A DNA stretch of 64,000 nucleotides from an uncultured Bacillota bacterium (GTDB taxonomy: Bacteria; Sysuimicrobiota; Sysuimicrobiia; Sysuimicrobiales; Segetimicrobiaceae). The DNA lies in the NCBI GenBank assembly GCA_963804645.1, contig CAWDRG010000005.1, positions 192,001 to 256,000 on the forward strand, in the 5' to 3' direction. The notes below the pieces were generated by a model. It searched no databases, was not told the DNA's origin, and saw nothing but the letters and a program-made list of their open reading frames with translations. Position numbers and translations under genes: made by a program. Below are positions 38,818 through 53,346 of this stretch, one piece after another; the stretch's first letter is position 1; each line of letters starts with the position of its first letter.

Positions 38818-39450
38818 CTAGCGCGGGGCCGCCGGCGACCCGACGAGGCCGACGCTCGAGAGCAGCAGCTTCGTGAGCGGGGCGATGACGTCTTCGAGCG
38901 GGTTGGGTTTGCCGGTATTGAGCCAGCGCACCACCACTTCTCCGATGGCACCGATCCACACGTACGCGGCCATCTCCGTGTCCTGCTCGGCGATCTTGCC
39001 GTCTTGGACGGCCCGATCCAGGTAGCCCCGGAGCACCTCGACCAGCATCGTCTTGAGCGCGATCCGCTTCCCCTGAAACTCGGCTCCGGCGGCGGGCCAG
39101 TCGATCAGCACGATCGTCGCCAGGGCGCGGTGGGCCTGGAAGTGGCGAAGCAGCGCCGCGACCGCGGCCTCGACCTGTGCGACCAATCCGCGCCCCCGTC
39201 CCATGCCGAGCTGAAGTTCCTGCGCCACCGAGGCCGCGTACTCGTCGACGAGGGAGACGAAGATCTCTTCCTTGGTATCGAAATAAAAGTAGACGGCCCC
39301 CTTAGAGGTGCCGGAGGCCTTGACGATATCATCGACGACCGATCGATAGAACCCCTTCTCGGAAAAAACCTGTTCGGCGGAAGCGAGGATTCTTCGACGT
39401 GTATCTTCACGTTGCGAGACCCTGCTCGCTCGGTCGACCGTCGTCGCCAT
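38818..39450 (-). CDS. TetR family regulator
   Basis: RILASAEQVFSEKGF...SKGAVYFYFDTKEEIF. Confidence 0.93.
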   Translation of the reverse strand: MATTVDRASRVSQREDTRRRILASAEQVFSEKGFYRSVVDDIVKASGTSKGAVYFYFDTKEEIFVSLVDEYAASVAQELQLGMGRGRGLVAQVEAAVAALLRHFQAHRALATIVLIDWPAAGAEFQGKRIALKTMLVEVLRGYLDRAVQDGKIAEQDTEMAAYVWIGAIGEVVVRWLNTGKPNPLEDVIAPLTKLLLSSVGLVGSPAAPR

Positions 39451-39473
39451 CAGTCTCAGTCCCCCCCAATCCA

Positions 39474-39529
39474 AGACTGACCAGTCAGTCTCTCGCCTGA
39501 GTATAGGATCAGTTGAATGACGATGTCAA
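39474..39529 (-). promoter_or_regulatory. Promoter and palindromic TetR-type operator
   Basis: TTGACA (39529-39524), 18 nt, TATACT (39505-39500); AGACTGAC-CA-GTCAGTCT at 39474-39491. Confidence 0.78.
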
Positions 39530-39610
39530 ACCGTTACATGTCATAGTATCGAACGTACGATCGATAATGGAATGCATGTGCGAACGAGAGATTGGGTGCC
39601 GGGAAGAGCC

Positions 39611-39976
39611 TCAGGAGCCCATCTCGCGCTCTAACAACTCCATCTGGGCATCGCTCAGTCCGAAGTGGTGCCCCACCTCATGCACCACCGTGAGGCGCAC
39701 CTCGCGCAGCACGTCCTCGTTCGTGTGGCAGATCGCCTCGATATTGTCCTGGTAGATGATGATGATTTCCGGCAGCTCGTACGCGGTGAACGACGACTGT
39801 TCGAACTCGGTCGCGCCGTGGTAGAGACCGAGGATGTCTCCGCCCAGTTCGGCCGCGACCTCGCGGGAAGGACGCGCCTCAACGAGCACGGCGACGTTGC
39901 GGAGGCGCGCGGCGAACGCCGGGGGCAGCCCCTCAAGCGCCTGGGCGACGAGCCGCTCAAATGCGGCGCGCCGCAC
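39611..39976 (-). CDS. Zincin-like minimal metallopeptidase
   Basis: LGLYHG, IIIYQ, VHEVGHHFGLSD. Confidence 0.88.
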   Translation of the reverse strand: MRRAAFERLVAQALEGLPPAFAARLRNVAVLVEARPSREVAAELGGDILGLYHGATEFEQSSFTAYELPEIIIIYQDNIEAICHTNEDVLREVRLTVVHEVGHHFGLSDAQMELLEREMGS

Positions 39977-39999
39977 GAGCGGTCGCTCCCGGCCGCATC

Positions 40000-40281
40000 C
40001 TACGCCTGTTCCGCCAGGTGCTGGCGGATCAGCGCCTCCGCCTGCGGCACCACGGCGTTCCAGTCTGTGCCTTCCATCCTGGTAATGGTAATGAAATCAT
40101 TCAGCAGAAAGACCTGCCGGACGCCGTCGATGCCGAGCAAGTCCTTCGCGAGGGGCGATGCCGCGGTCGCGGCATCGGTAAACGTCTGGCTCCGCCCCTC
40201 GGTCATCCGTCGATTCACCACGAACTTGAGGGCGTTCACGTTGGGCGTCTGCTGTACGGTCACGGTCAGTGTCGCGGCCAC
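40000..40281 (-). CDS. Stand-alone Nfu N-terminal domain protein
   Basis: TPNVNALKF, SPLAKDLLGIDGV, DFITIT, DW. Confidence 0.88.
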   Translation of the reverse strand: MAATLTVTVQQTPNVNALKFVVNRRMTEGRSQTFTDAATAASPLAKDLLGIDGVRQVFLLNDFITITRMEGTDWNAVVPQAEALIRQHLAEQA

Positions 40282-40311
40282 ATCTGCCTCCCGGAAACTC
40301 TGTGTATCTGT

Positions 40312-42087
40312 TTAGTGGTCTCCGCTGCCAGGCGGAGCCGCGCGCTCTAGCACCGGCGGGTTCGACGGGGACACGGTGGTGCCCGACGGCGGCGCGGCGG
40401 CCCCGGGACGCTCGGACGACTGCGGCTGGGGCGCCGGGGCGGGAGGCTGCGTGGGGGCCGGCGAGTCCACGCTCGGGTTCGTCCCCGACGCCGCGGCGGG
40501 CGGTGCCCCGAGCGGCGGTCCCTGGCTCACGAGCACATCCACCGCGCCGTTCGCCCCAAGGCTCGTTCCGGGGGCCTCAAACTGGTAGATGACGTTGCCC
40601 GCCGGGACCTGGTCGTCGCGCGAATAATTCACGGCGCCGAGCCGCAGCCCCGCGGCCTCGAGCAGCTGCGCCGCCTGCGCCACGGGCTTCCCTTCGACGG
40701 CGGGCACGGTCCCCGAGCCCTCGCTGACGGTCAGCTCGATGATCGTTCCTTTGATCGCCTCTCGTCCGGGCGGAGGATTCTGGTCGATGATCGCGCCGAA
40801 CGGCACGCGGGGATCCTGCCGCTGTCCCGTGACCTTGACGCCCAGATTGAGCGGCAGCACGGCACTCCCCGCGTCCTGCACGGTCTCGCCGATAAGGGAC
40901 GGCACGACGGAATGCGCCCCGAACCACGCCTGCCGATACGCGAACCCGAGGGCCGCGCCGACGGCGAGCACGGCCGCAGCGATCGCCACGGCCCGCGCCC
41001 ACGTACGACCCTCGCGCGTCCAGCGCCGCGTGTCCGCGGGCCCGGCAGTGCCGCGGGACGGCTCGGCCGCTGCCGGATCGACCTCCGGCATCTTCCCGGT
41101 CTCCCCCGGTGCCGCCGCAATCAGCCGCACGGTCGCGCCGTCGCGGCCCGTTTCCACCCCGGGGGGCGGCGGGGCGCCCGCCGCCTCCAGCACCGCGGTT
41201 TCATCGGGGTGATCGGCGGCATGGGCGAGCAGATCGGCGGCCGCCGACAGCGCCGCCGCGGCGGCCGCGGCCGTGGGAAACCGATCGTCGGGCCGCTTCT
41301 GCAGCAGCCGGTTCACGATCTCCACCGTGCGCGAAGAGAGATCGGCGCGCAGGTGCGCGATGTCCGGCACCGTATCGCGAACGTGCCGCAGGGCGACCGC
41401 CACCGGGGTATCCCCATCAAACGGCACACGCCCGGTAAGCAGCTCAAACAGCACCACGCCCAGCGCGTATTGGTCCGCCGCCGGGCCCGCGGCCTCTCCG
41501 CGGGCCTGCTCGGGCGCGAGATACTGCGCGGAGCCCAGCACGCTCCCGACCGACGTCAGGCTGGTCTCATCGAGGACGCGGGCGATCCCGAAATCGGCGA
41601 CCTTCACATGATGCGCGTCGGTGAGCAGGATGTTGTGGGGTTTGATGTCGCGGTGCACCACCCCCTGGCCGTGCGCGTACGCCAGCGCCTCGGCGACTTC
41701 CGCCGCGAGGCGCAGCGCGTCCGCCTCTCCGAGCGGGCCGTGCTGGCGGAGCAGATCGCGCACGGTCCCGCCCGAGACATACTCCATCGCGATGAACGGC
41801 GAGGGACCGTCGTCGCCGCAGTCGTACACCGTCACGATGCGCTCGTGCGTCAGGCTCATGACGGCCGAGGCCTCGCGCCGGAAGCGGTGCCGGATCTCCT
41901 CGTCGCGCGCCAACGGCTCCCCGAGCAGCTTGACGGCGCACACGGTATTGCGCTCGCGATCCCACGCGCGGTACACCGTCGCCATCCCGCCGCTGCCGAG
42001 GAGGTCGCCGAGCGCAAATCGCCCGCCCGATGGGCGAGGGGTGCCCGAATCGGCCGGGTGCAGGCGGGGCTGCTCGGGGTCGATCAC
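40312..42087 (-). CDS. PknB-like Ser/Thr kinase with TM helix and two PASTA domains
   Basis: GSGGMATVY, HRDIKPHN, DFG, YLAPEQ; VPSLIG and VPAVEG PASTA starts. Confidence 0.93.
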   Translation of the reverse strand: MIDPEQPRLHPADSGTPRPSGGRFALGDLLGSGGMATVYRAWDRERNTVCAVKLLGEPLARDEEIRHRFRREASAVMSLTHERIVTVYDCGDDGPSPFIAMEYVSGGTVRDLLRQHGPLGEADALRLAAEVAEALAYAHGQGVVHRDIKPHNILLTDAHHVKVADFGIARVLDETSLTSVGSVLGSAQYLAPEQARGEAAGPAADQYALGVVLFELLTGRVPFDGDTPVAVALRHVRDTVPDIAHLRADLSSRTVEIVNRLLQKRPDDRFPTAAAAAAALSAAADLLAHAADHPDETAVLEAAGAPPPPGVETGRDGATVRLIAAAPGETGKMPEVDPAAAEPSRGTAGPADTRRWTREGRTWARAVAIAAAVLAVGAALGFAYRQAWFGAHSVVPSLIGETVQDAGSAVLPLNLGVKVTGQRQDPRVPFGAIIDQNPPPGREAIKGTIIELTVSEGSGTVPAVEGKPVAQAAQLLEAAGLRLGAVNYSRDDQVPAGNVIYQFEAPGTSLGANGAVDVLVSQGPPLGAPPAAASGTNPSVDSPAPTQPPAPAPQPQSSERPGAAAPPSGTTVSPSNPPVLERAAPPGSGDH

Positions 42088-42097
42088 GTGCTCGGCG

Positions 42098-43000
42098 TCA
42101 GTGCAGCCGCTGCGGCGCGGTCAGCCCCGGAAGGTCGGTGGCCCACGACGCCCGCCGCACAAACGTCATAATCGGCGGAAGGTATCCCCGGATCAGCGAG
42201 ATGACGCGCTCGGGAGACATGATCCCGCTGCCGGTCAGCAGCGTCCAGCGGGTCTCGACCATCGCCGCGAGGTGCAGCGCGAGTTCCATCGGAATCACGC
42301 CCGCGTCGGCGAGGGGCAGGAAGACTTCCCACCGGCGCGGCAGCCGGGCGATGCCGAACGTGGTCAGCATCGCCTTCGCGATGCCCGTGGCCGCGCCGCT
42401 CGCGTTGCTGAACACCCCCACGATCTGGCTCACCCGCTCGGCATCCTGCGCGACGGCCTCGACGTCCCGCGTAAACATCTCCAAGATCGGCACCGAGGTC
42501 AGCACGCGCGCCAGGCGCCAGCCGATCCGAATCGGATCGACCATGCGCACGGTCTGCGACGCGGTGCGCACGGAGTCGTCCGTCGAGGCAAGACCGAACG
42601 ATCTGGCCTTGAGGATCGTCTCCTGCGCCTCCTCCAGGAGGTGCGGCCGCTCCTGTGCGAGGCGCTCCGCGGTCTCGCGCACGAACGCCTCGCGCGCGGG
42701 AGGATTGTTGTCGACGAGCAGCGTCCCCCAGGTCACCACTTCGTGCACGACGGTCAGCAAGTGGGCGTTGAGCGCAAAGGGCATCAGGAAGCCGGGGGCG
42801 TCGCCGAGGGGATTGCTCGCCCCCAGCCCTTCCAGATACTCGGCGATCGCGTCGACCCCGATCTCATCGCCGAACAGAATGCCGATCTCGATGTCGGAAT
42901 CGGGCCACGTCCGATCGACCGCCGGCTGTCCATAGAGATAGACGGCCGACACCTCTTCTTCGCCCCGGAAGAACTCTGTCAAGTGATCGAACGCGGACAC
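42098..43000 (-). CDS. Putative fusion of MNT-like and HEPN(DUF86)-like domains, both degenerate
   Basis: N-terminal VSAVYLYGQ...DSDIEIGIL; C-terminal WEVFLPLADAGVI...LAAMVETRWTLLTG; GAGGGAG before GTG 43000. Confidence 0.6.
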   Translation of the reverse strand: MSAFDHLTEFFRGEEEVSAVYLYGQPAVDRTWPDSDIEIGILFGDEIGVDAIAEYLEGLGASNPLGDAPGFLMPFALNAHLLTVVHEVVTWGTLLVDNNPPAREAFVRETAERLAQERPHLLEEAQETILKARSFGLASTDDSVRTASQTVRMVDPIRIGWRLARVLTSVPILEMFTRDVEAVAQDAERVSQIVGVFSNASGAATGIAKAMLTTFGIARLPRRWEVFLPLADAGVIPMELALHLAAMVETRWTLLTGSGIMSPERVISLIRGYLPPIMTFVRRASWATDLPGLTAPQRLH

Positions 43001-43117
43001 GGCGACGGGCTCCCTCAGTCTTCGCGGTCGAAAACACGCCCATTGTAACACAGCCCGCGTCCGCGCCGGGGTACCCGGCGGGGACGCGGGCCGTGCCGGA
43101 CCGCGCGAGGGGCGCGG

Positions 43118-47572
<4,455 letters not shown>

Positions 47573-47627
47573 CGTGCGATCCCCCTCCCGCGCGTCACGG
47601 CGCGCTTCGAACAGGATCGCGTCCGCC

Positions 47628-47688
47628 CCAAAAGCAAAAGTCCGGGGGAGCGATCCTGTGTGAGAGGAACCTCTCCCTCGGGCTTTTG
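47628..47688 (-). terminator. Riboswitch expression-platform terminator
   Basis: AAAAGCCCGAGGGAG (aptamer 3' half) can pair with CTCCCCCGGACTTTT, followed by GCTTTT. Confidence 0.65.
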
Positions 47689-47778
47689 TCCCGACGGTGT
47701 AGCGCCGCGTGGGCCGCCTGTGCCGCTCGGTCCGGTCCGGCCGCTACGCGGGCCGCGGAACCCTAGGCACACTCCCTC
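47664..47778 (-). promoter_or_regulatory. ykkC-motif riboswitch aptamer, probably subtype 2a (ppGpp)
   Basis: GAGGGAGTGTGCCTAGGGTTCCG...GGACCGAGCGGCACA...ACACCGTCGGGACAAAAGCCCGAGGGAGAGGTTCCTC with P0 pairing; directly upstream of gltB. Confidence 0.85.
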
Positions 47779-47986
47779 CCGCCGACGACACGTCCGGGTG
47801 CCATCGGGTACGACGGGTGCTGGTATGAGTTGAGGCTGAGTGCGGATATTTTGTAATTAGTATCGGAATCTCCGATGATTGTCAAGATGGCCGCTCGAAT
47901 CGTTCGGGTCAGCTCGAACAATCCGCCCATGGCTCGGCCGGCAAATCCGGAATCCGGCGTGGCCCGTCTCGATCTCCGGCGCCGCG

Positions 47987-49138
47987 CTATCCCCGATGGT
48001 ACGCGACGGCGCCGCGCACCACCGTCAGCGCGACCCGGTGCTCCCGGTCGAGCACTACGAGATCCGCGTCACCGCCCACGGTGATGCGCCCTTTCCGCTC
48101 GAGGCCGAGCAGCCGCGCCGGAATCAGCGTCGCGGCCTGCACCGCCTCGCGGAAGCTCACCTCCGCGTCCGCCGCGAAGTTGCGCACCGCCCGGTCCAGC
48201 TGCAGCATGCTGCCCGCGAGCGTCCCGTCCGGCAGCCGCGGCGCGCCGTCCCGCAGCTCAATCGTCGCGCCCCCGAGCGTGTACGAGCCGCGCTCCATGC
48301 CCGCCGCGGACACCGCGTCCGTGACGAGCGCGATCCGGCCGGTCCCCGCCGTGCGCGCAATCAGCCGCAGCACCGCGGGGTGCACGTGCACCCGGTCGGC
48401 GATCACGCTCACCGTGAGCCCGCGGGTCAAGAGCGCGGCGCCCACCGCGCCCGGCTCGCGGTGGTGCAGCCCGCGCATCGCGTTGAACACGTGGGTGACG
48501 AGCCGGATCCCCCACTGCGCCGCCTCGCGGACCTCGTCGTAGCCCGCATCGGTGTGCCCAGCCGCCGCGACGACCCGCTCCACGACCAAGAACCGGACGA
48601 CCGCCTCGGCGCCTTCCAGCTCCGGGGCAAGCGTGACCACGCGGACCGCCCCCTGCGCCCGCCGCAAGGTCTCCGCGATCTCCGGCACCGACGGATGCCG
48701 CAGATGCTGCGCGCGGTGGGCGCCTCGGCGCAGCGGGTTGAGATACGGCCCCTCGAGATGGACGCCGAGGACCTCGGGGAGCGCCCCGGGAGCGCGGGCG
48801 ACGTCCGACGCCACCCACGCGGCATGGCGCATCTCCTCGAGCGGCGCGCTGACGATCGTCGGCAGGTACGCGGTGACGCCGGTCCCCGCGAGGTAGCGGC
48901 CGAGTGTCTCGTAGTCGCGCGCGTCCGCCCGCAGGCAATCCACGCCGGCGCCGCCGTTCACCTGCAGGTCGATCAGCCCGGGGATCAACACGCCCTCGGG
49001 GAACCGCAGCACGCCCGCATCGCCGCCCGGCGGCGGCTCGCCCGCCGCGACGCGCGTGATGCGCCCATCCTCGACCGTGACGAATCCGGGCGTCAGGTCG
49101 CGGTCGGGGGCCAACACGGTACCGGCGGCGACAATCAT
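47987..49138 (-). CDS. nagA: N-acetylglucosamine-6-phosphate deacetylase
   Basis: PGLIDLQVNG, HLEGPY, HVFNAM, LVTDA, LAGS. Confidence 0.95.
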   Translation of the reverse strand: MIVAAGTVLAPDRDLTPGFVTVEDGRITRVAAGEPPPGGDAGVLRFPEGVLIPGLIDLQVNGGAGVDCLRADARDYETLGRYLAGTGVTAYLPTIVSAPLEEMRHAAWVASDVARAPGALPEVLGVHLEGPYLNPLRRGAHRAQHLRHPSVPEIAETLRRAQGAVRVVTLAPELEGAEAVVRFLVVERVVAAAGHTDAGYDEVREAAQWGIRLVTHVFNAMRGLHHREPGAVGAALLTRGLTVSVIADRVHVHPAVLRLIARTAGTGRIALVTDAVSAAGMERGSYTLGGATIELRDGAPRLPDGTLAGSMLQLDRAVRNFAADAEVSFREAVQAATLIPARLLGLERKGRITVGGDADLVVLDREHRVALTVVRGAVAYHRG

Positions 49139-49264
49139 CGGTGGCGTTGGTTTCCGGTCCGTCCGCTGGCCTTCCTGCGGGCGAACGACCCGGCCAAACC
49201 GAGCCGACCGCCGGCGCGTAGCTACGAGGCAGGCGCACCCCGACATCCCGGAGAAGAAAGGAGG

Positions 49265-49732
49265 GTGACGATACGGCCGCTCGGGGCGACGGACGTCGTT
49301 GCGTGTGCAGAGATTCTGCTGAGCCTCCCGCTCTGGCAGCGCTATGGGACCACGCGGCAGGATGCCCTGGCGCTGTTCACGCGCGCCGCCTCGGGCACGG
49401 CGCGGGTCGCGGAACGCGGCGGGCGCGTCGCCGGGTTCGTCGTCTACAGCCTTCGCGGCACGTTTGACCACAGCGGGTACGTGCGCGCCATCGGGGTCGG
49501 CGCGGGGGATCAGGGACGCGGCGTGGGAAGTCTCTTAATGGATGCGGCCGAGCAGGAAATTCTCGCCCAGGGGCCCAACGTGTTTCTTTTGGTGTCCGCG
49601 GACAACGCGGCCGCGCGACGCTTCTACGAGCGGAGGAGCTACCGCGAGATCGGCGAGATCCCCGACTACGTCGGGCCCGGCCTCACGGAGATCTTATATC
49701 GGAAGACGACCGGCCCGATCGGTCGTGGATGA
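49265..49732 (+). CDS. GNAT acetyltransferase
   Basis: QGRGVGSLLM, NAAARRFYER; GGAGG before GTG. Confidence 0.85.
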   Translation: MTIRPLGATDVVACAEILLSLPLWQRYGTTRQDALALFTRAASGTARVAERGGRVAGFVVYSLRGTFDHSGYVRAIGVGAGDQGRGVGSLLMDAAEQEILAQGPNVFLLVSADNAAARRFYERRSYREIGEIPDYVGPGLTEILYRKTTGPIGRG

Positions 49733-49820
49733 CGGATGCACGGACCGGACAGACGGATCGAGGACGGCGCCCGACGGCAGCGTGCCGCGGGGCCGGCGCG
49801 TCATTCAAGGAGGTGAAGCA

Positions 49821-51344
49821 ATGCGTGCGAAGCACTGGTTCGTTCTCGCCCTTGCGCTGCTGCTCATCGTACCGTTCGCGGCGCGCACCAACGCCGCGCC
49901 GTCGAAGGTCACTCTGACCCTCGGCATCGACCAGGAGGCCGTCGGCCTGGACCCCAACAAGGTGACGTCGTTCGCGTCGTTCCGGCGGGTCGACCTCATG
50001 TACAACAAGCTCGTGAAGTACGACCCGAGCCTGCACATCGTGGGGGATCTCGCGACGTCGTGGGACACGCCCGACAACCGGACGTACGTGTTCCACCTCG
50101 TGCCCGGGGTGAAGTTCCACGACGGGACCACGATGACCGCGGACGACGTGGTGTTCACGATCCAGCGGGTGCTCGATCCGAAGACGGCCTCCCCCGCGCG
50201 CTCGTACCTGGACGCGGTCGACAGTGTGACGGCGGTGGACCCGGTCACGGTGCGGCTGCATCTCCAGTACCCGCTCGCCTCGGTCCTCTCGGCGCTGACG
50301 TCGAATAACCTGTCGATCGTCGAGCGCGCGGCGGTCGAGAAGAACGGCGACCTCCAGAAGACGGATGGGGGCACCGGGCCGTTCATGCTGGCCCAGTGGG
50401 TCCCCGACAACTACATGACGCTGGAGAAGAACCCCTACTACTTCCGGCGGGGCCTCCCGAAGGTCGACGAGATCGTGATCCGCATCATTCCGGACGAGTC
50501 GTCCCTGCTCACGGGCGTGCGGAGCCACAGCCTCGACATGGCGTCGGTCTCCGACGGCAGCGTCGTCAAGCAGGCCCAGGCGGTCGAGGGGCTGCAGGTG
50601 GTCCAGGTGCCGAGCCTCAATCTCCGCATCTTCTCGTTCAATACGACGCGCCCGCCGTTCAACGACCCGAAGGTGCGTGACGCGATCGCCTACGCGATCG
50701 ACCGGCAGGCGATCGTGAACGCGGCGGAGTTCGGGTTCGCCACGGTGAGCGGGCCGGTCCCGGCGCCCGACAAGGCCTACGCGCTGCCGGTCTCGGCGTT
50801 CCCCGAGTACCACACGAATCCCGCCAAGGCGAAGCAGATGCTGCAGGAGGCCGGCGCGGCCGGCGCGTCCTTCCAGATCGTGGCCTCGCCGTCGTACGAG
50901 GGCGGCCTCGCAGTCGCCCAGGTCATCCAGGCGCAGCTGCACGCGATCGGCCTCAACCCGTCGATCGAGAACGTCGAGTACGGCAACTACATCAACCTGT
51001 GGGTCAAGCGCGACTTCGACACGATGGTCGAGCTGCGCGGCGGCGATCCCGATCCCGACCGGTTCCTGTACCGGACGTTCTACAGCACCGGGGCGGTGAA
51101 TAACTTCCTATTCAAGAACGCCTCCGTCGACCAGCTGCTCGACCGCGGCCGGGTGCACGAGACGGTCGCCGACCGGAAGCCGATCTACGATGACCTGCAG
51201 CGCGCGCTCGTCACGGACGCGCCCGCGGTCTTCCTCTACACGCCGGACGTGAACGCGGTGCTCGCGGCTTACGTCAAAGGCTTCGCGCTGGTCCCGACCG
51301 GTTCGCTGGACTACCTGCAGCAGACGTCGATCCAACCGCACTAG
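49821..51344 (+). CDS. ABC substrate-binding protein, family 5 (Opp/Dpp-like)
   Basis: Signal peptide; GVKFHDG, GTGPF, PPFNDPKVRDAIAYAIDR. Confidence 0.93.
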   Translation: MRAKHWFVLALALLLIVPFAARTNAAPSKVTLTLGIDQEAVGLDPNKVTSFASFRRVDLMYNKLVKYDPSLHIVGDLATSWDTPDNRTYVFHLVPGVKFHDGTTMTADDVVFTIQRVLDPKTASPARSYLDAVDSVTAVDPVTVRLHLQYPLASVLSALTSNNLSIVERAAVEKNGDLQKTDGGTGPFMLAQWVPDNYMTLEKNPYYFRRGLPKVDEIVIRIIPDESSLLTGVRSHSLDMASVSDGSVVKQAQAVEGLQVVQVPSLNLRIFSFNTTRPPFNDPKVRDAIAYAIDRQAIVNAAEFGFATVSGPVPAPDKAYALPVSAFPEYHTNPAKAKQMLQEAGAAGASFQIVASPSYEGGLAVAQVIQAQLHAIGLNPSIENVEYGNYINLWVKRDFDTMVELRGGDPDPDRFLYRTFYSTGAVNNFLFKNASVDQLLDRGRVHETVADRKPIYDDLQRALVTDAPAVFLYTPDVNAVLAAYVKGFALVPTGSLDYLQQTSIQPH

Positions 51345-51463
51345 CCGAGGACACGTGGCGGGGGCGGCGGCGCGCCGAGCGCCGCCCCCCGGCCGTCGGA
51401 GCGTCCTCCGTTGCGCGCCCCCGGTCGCCGTGCCCGGACCGTGAGCCCCGCCGTGTGCCGCCG

Positions 51464-52411
51464 ATGACCTCGTACCTCGCCGGACGCCTGGTCGGCCTCC
51501 TCCCCGTGCTGTGGGGCGTCTCGGTCGTGGTGTTCCTGCTCGTCCATCTGCTGCCGGGCGACGCGGTCCAGATGTTTCTCGGCACCCAGGTCGGGCTCGC
51601 GCCCGCGCAGATGGAAGAACTCCGGCGCCTGTTCGGCATCGACAAGCCGCTCCCGCTGCAGTACCTGGACTGGATCGGCCGTGTGCTGCTCGGCGACTTC
51701 GGCGTCTCGCTCCGGACGGGGCAGCCGGTGCTGCCGACCATCCTCGCGCGGTTTCCGCTCAGCCTGGAGATCACGCTCCTGGCGCTCGCGACCGCGCTCG
51801 TGATCGCGCTCCCGGCCGGGATCATCGCGGCGCTGCACCGCGGCACCGCGATCGACGCGCTCGTCAGCGTGGTGGGATTGATCGGGCTGAGCATCCCGAA
51901 CTTCTGGCTCGCCGCGATGCTGCTCATTCTGCTCGCGAGCCTGCCGATCGCCTCGATCGGCGTCTACGTCAAGTTCACGACGGATCCGATCGCCAACCTC
52001 ACGGTCATGACGCTGCCCGCCGTCTCACTCGGCGTGTCGCTCGCGGCCGTCATCATGCGGTTCGTGCGGTCGTCGATGCTCGAGGTGTTGGGGGAGGACT
52101 ACGTCCGCACCGCCCGGGCGAAGGGGCTGGTCGAGCGCGTCGTGATCGACCGGCACGCGCTGCGCAACGCCCTGATCCCGGTGATCACCGTCATCGGGTT
52201 CCAGGCCGGCTACCTGCTCGGCGGCACGGTCGTGATCGAGGAAGTGTTCGCGCTGCCCGGCATGGGCCGGCTGGCCCTGGACGCGATCGGTCAGCGCGAT
52301 TACCCCGTGATCCAGGGCGTGGTGCTGTTGATCGCGGGGCTGTTCGTGCTCACGAACCTCGCCGTCGACCTCCTGTACTCGGTCGTCGATCCCCGGGTGC
52401 GGTACGGATGA
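51464..52411 (+). CDS. ABC permease (OppB/DppB-like)
   Basis: DYVRTARAKGL, HALRNALIPVIT, EEVFALPGMG. Confidence 0.93.
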   Translation: MTSYLAGRLVGLLPVLWGVSVVVFLLVHLLPGDAVQMFLGTQVGLAPAQMEELRRLFGIDKPLPLQYLDWIGRVLLGDFGVSLRTGQPVLPTILARFPLSLEITLLALATALVIALPAGIIAALHRGTAIDALVSVVGLIGLSIPNFWLAAMLLILLASLPIASIGVYVKFTTDPIANLTVMTLPAVSLGVSLAAVIMRFVRSSMLEVLGEDYVRTARAKGLVERVVIDRHALRNALIPVITVIGFQAGYLLGGTVVIEEVFALPGMGRLALDAIGQRDYPVIQGVVLLIAGLFVLTNLAVDLLYSVVDPRVRYG

Positions 52412-53304
52412 GCACCGTTCCGAAATCCGCGATCGGGGCGGCCCGCCACGGCCGCGCGCCGGAGGAACGTCCCCGCCACGCGTCGCGCCTGTGGGCGTTC
52501 CTGCACATTCCCGGCGCGGTCATCGGGGCCGCGATCGTGCTCGCCTACCTGTTTGCCGCGGCCTGCGCACCGCTGCTCGCGCCCACGGACCCGCTCGGGA
52601 TGACGCAGACGCTGCTCGCGCCTCCGGGCCCGGGCCATCCGTTCGGCACCGACCAGTTCGGGCGGGACATTCTGAGCCGGCTCCTCTTCGGCTCCCGGGT
52701 CTCACTCGAGATCTCGGTGGCGTCCGTCGCGGTGGCCCTCGCCGGCGGCGGCACGGTCGGGATCCTCGCCGGGTACTACGGCGGCCTCCTCGACAACGTC
52801 CTGATGCGGGCGATGGACGTCATCTTCGCGTTTCCCGCGATCCTGCTCGCGATCGCGATCATGGCGGTGGCCGGCACCCGCCCGCCGGTGCTCGTCGCGG
52901 CGATCGGACTCGTGTACATCCCGCAGTTCGCGCGGGTCGCCCGCGGCGGCGTGGTGCAGGCGCGCGGCTTGGATTACGTCGAGGCGGCGAGGGCCCAGGG
53001 CGCCCCGGTGGCGCGAATCCTCCTCCATCACATCCTGCCGAACATCGCCGCGCCGGTGATCGTGCAGACCTCGCTCAGCCTCTCGTTCGCGATCCTGACC
53101 GAGTCGGCCCTGAGCTTCCTCGGCCTCGGCATGCAGCCGCCGACCCCGTCGTGGGGCAACATGCTCGCGGACTCCCGCCGGTTCATGACCACGGCGCCCT
53201 GGACCGTCGTGTTCCCGGGGATCACCATCTCGCTGATCGTGCTCGGCTTCAACCTGCTCGGCGACGGGCTGCGCGATCTGCTGGACCCGCGGCTCCGTCT
53301 GTGA
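52408..53304 (+). CDS. ABC permease (OppC/DppC-like)
   Basis: HPFGTDQFGRD, YVEAARAQG, HILPN, GDGLRDLLDPR. Confidence 0.93.
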   Translation: MSTVPKSAIGAARHGRAPEERPRHASRLWAFLHIPGAVIGAAIVLAYLFAAACAPLLAPTDPLGMTQTLLAPPGPGHPFGTDQFGRDILSRLLFGSRVSLEISVASVAVALAGGGTVGILAGYYGGLLDNVLMRAMDVIFAFPAILLAIAIMAVAGTRPPVLVAAIGLVYIPQFARVARGGVVQARGLDYVEAARAQGAPVARILLHHILPNIAAPVIVQTSLSLSFAILTESALSFLGLGMQPPTPSWGNMLADSRRFMTTAPWTVVFPGITISLIVLGFNLLGDGLRDLLDPRLRL

Positions 53305-53346
53305 GGCGCACGCTCGAGCGCGGATGCCGTTCCGGAGGCCACGACG

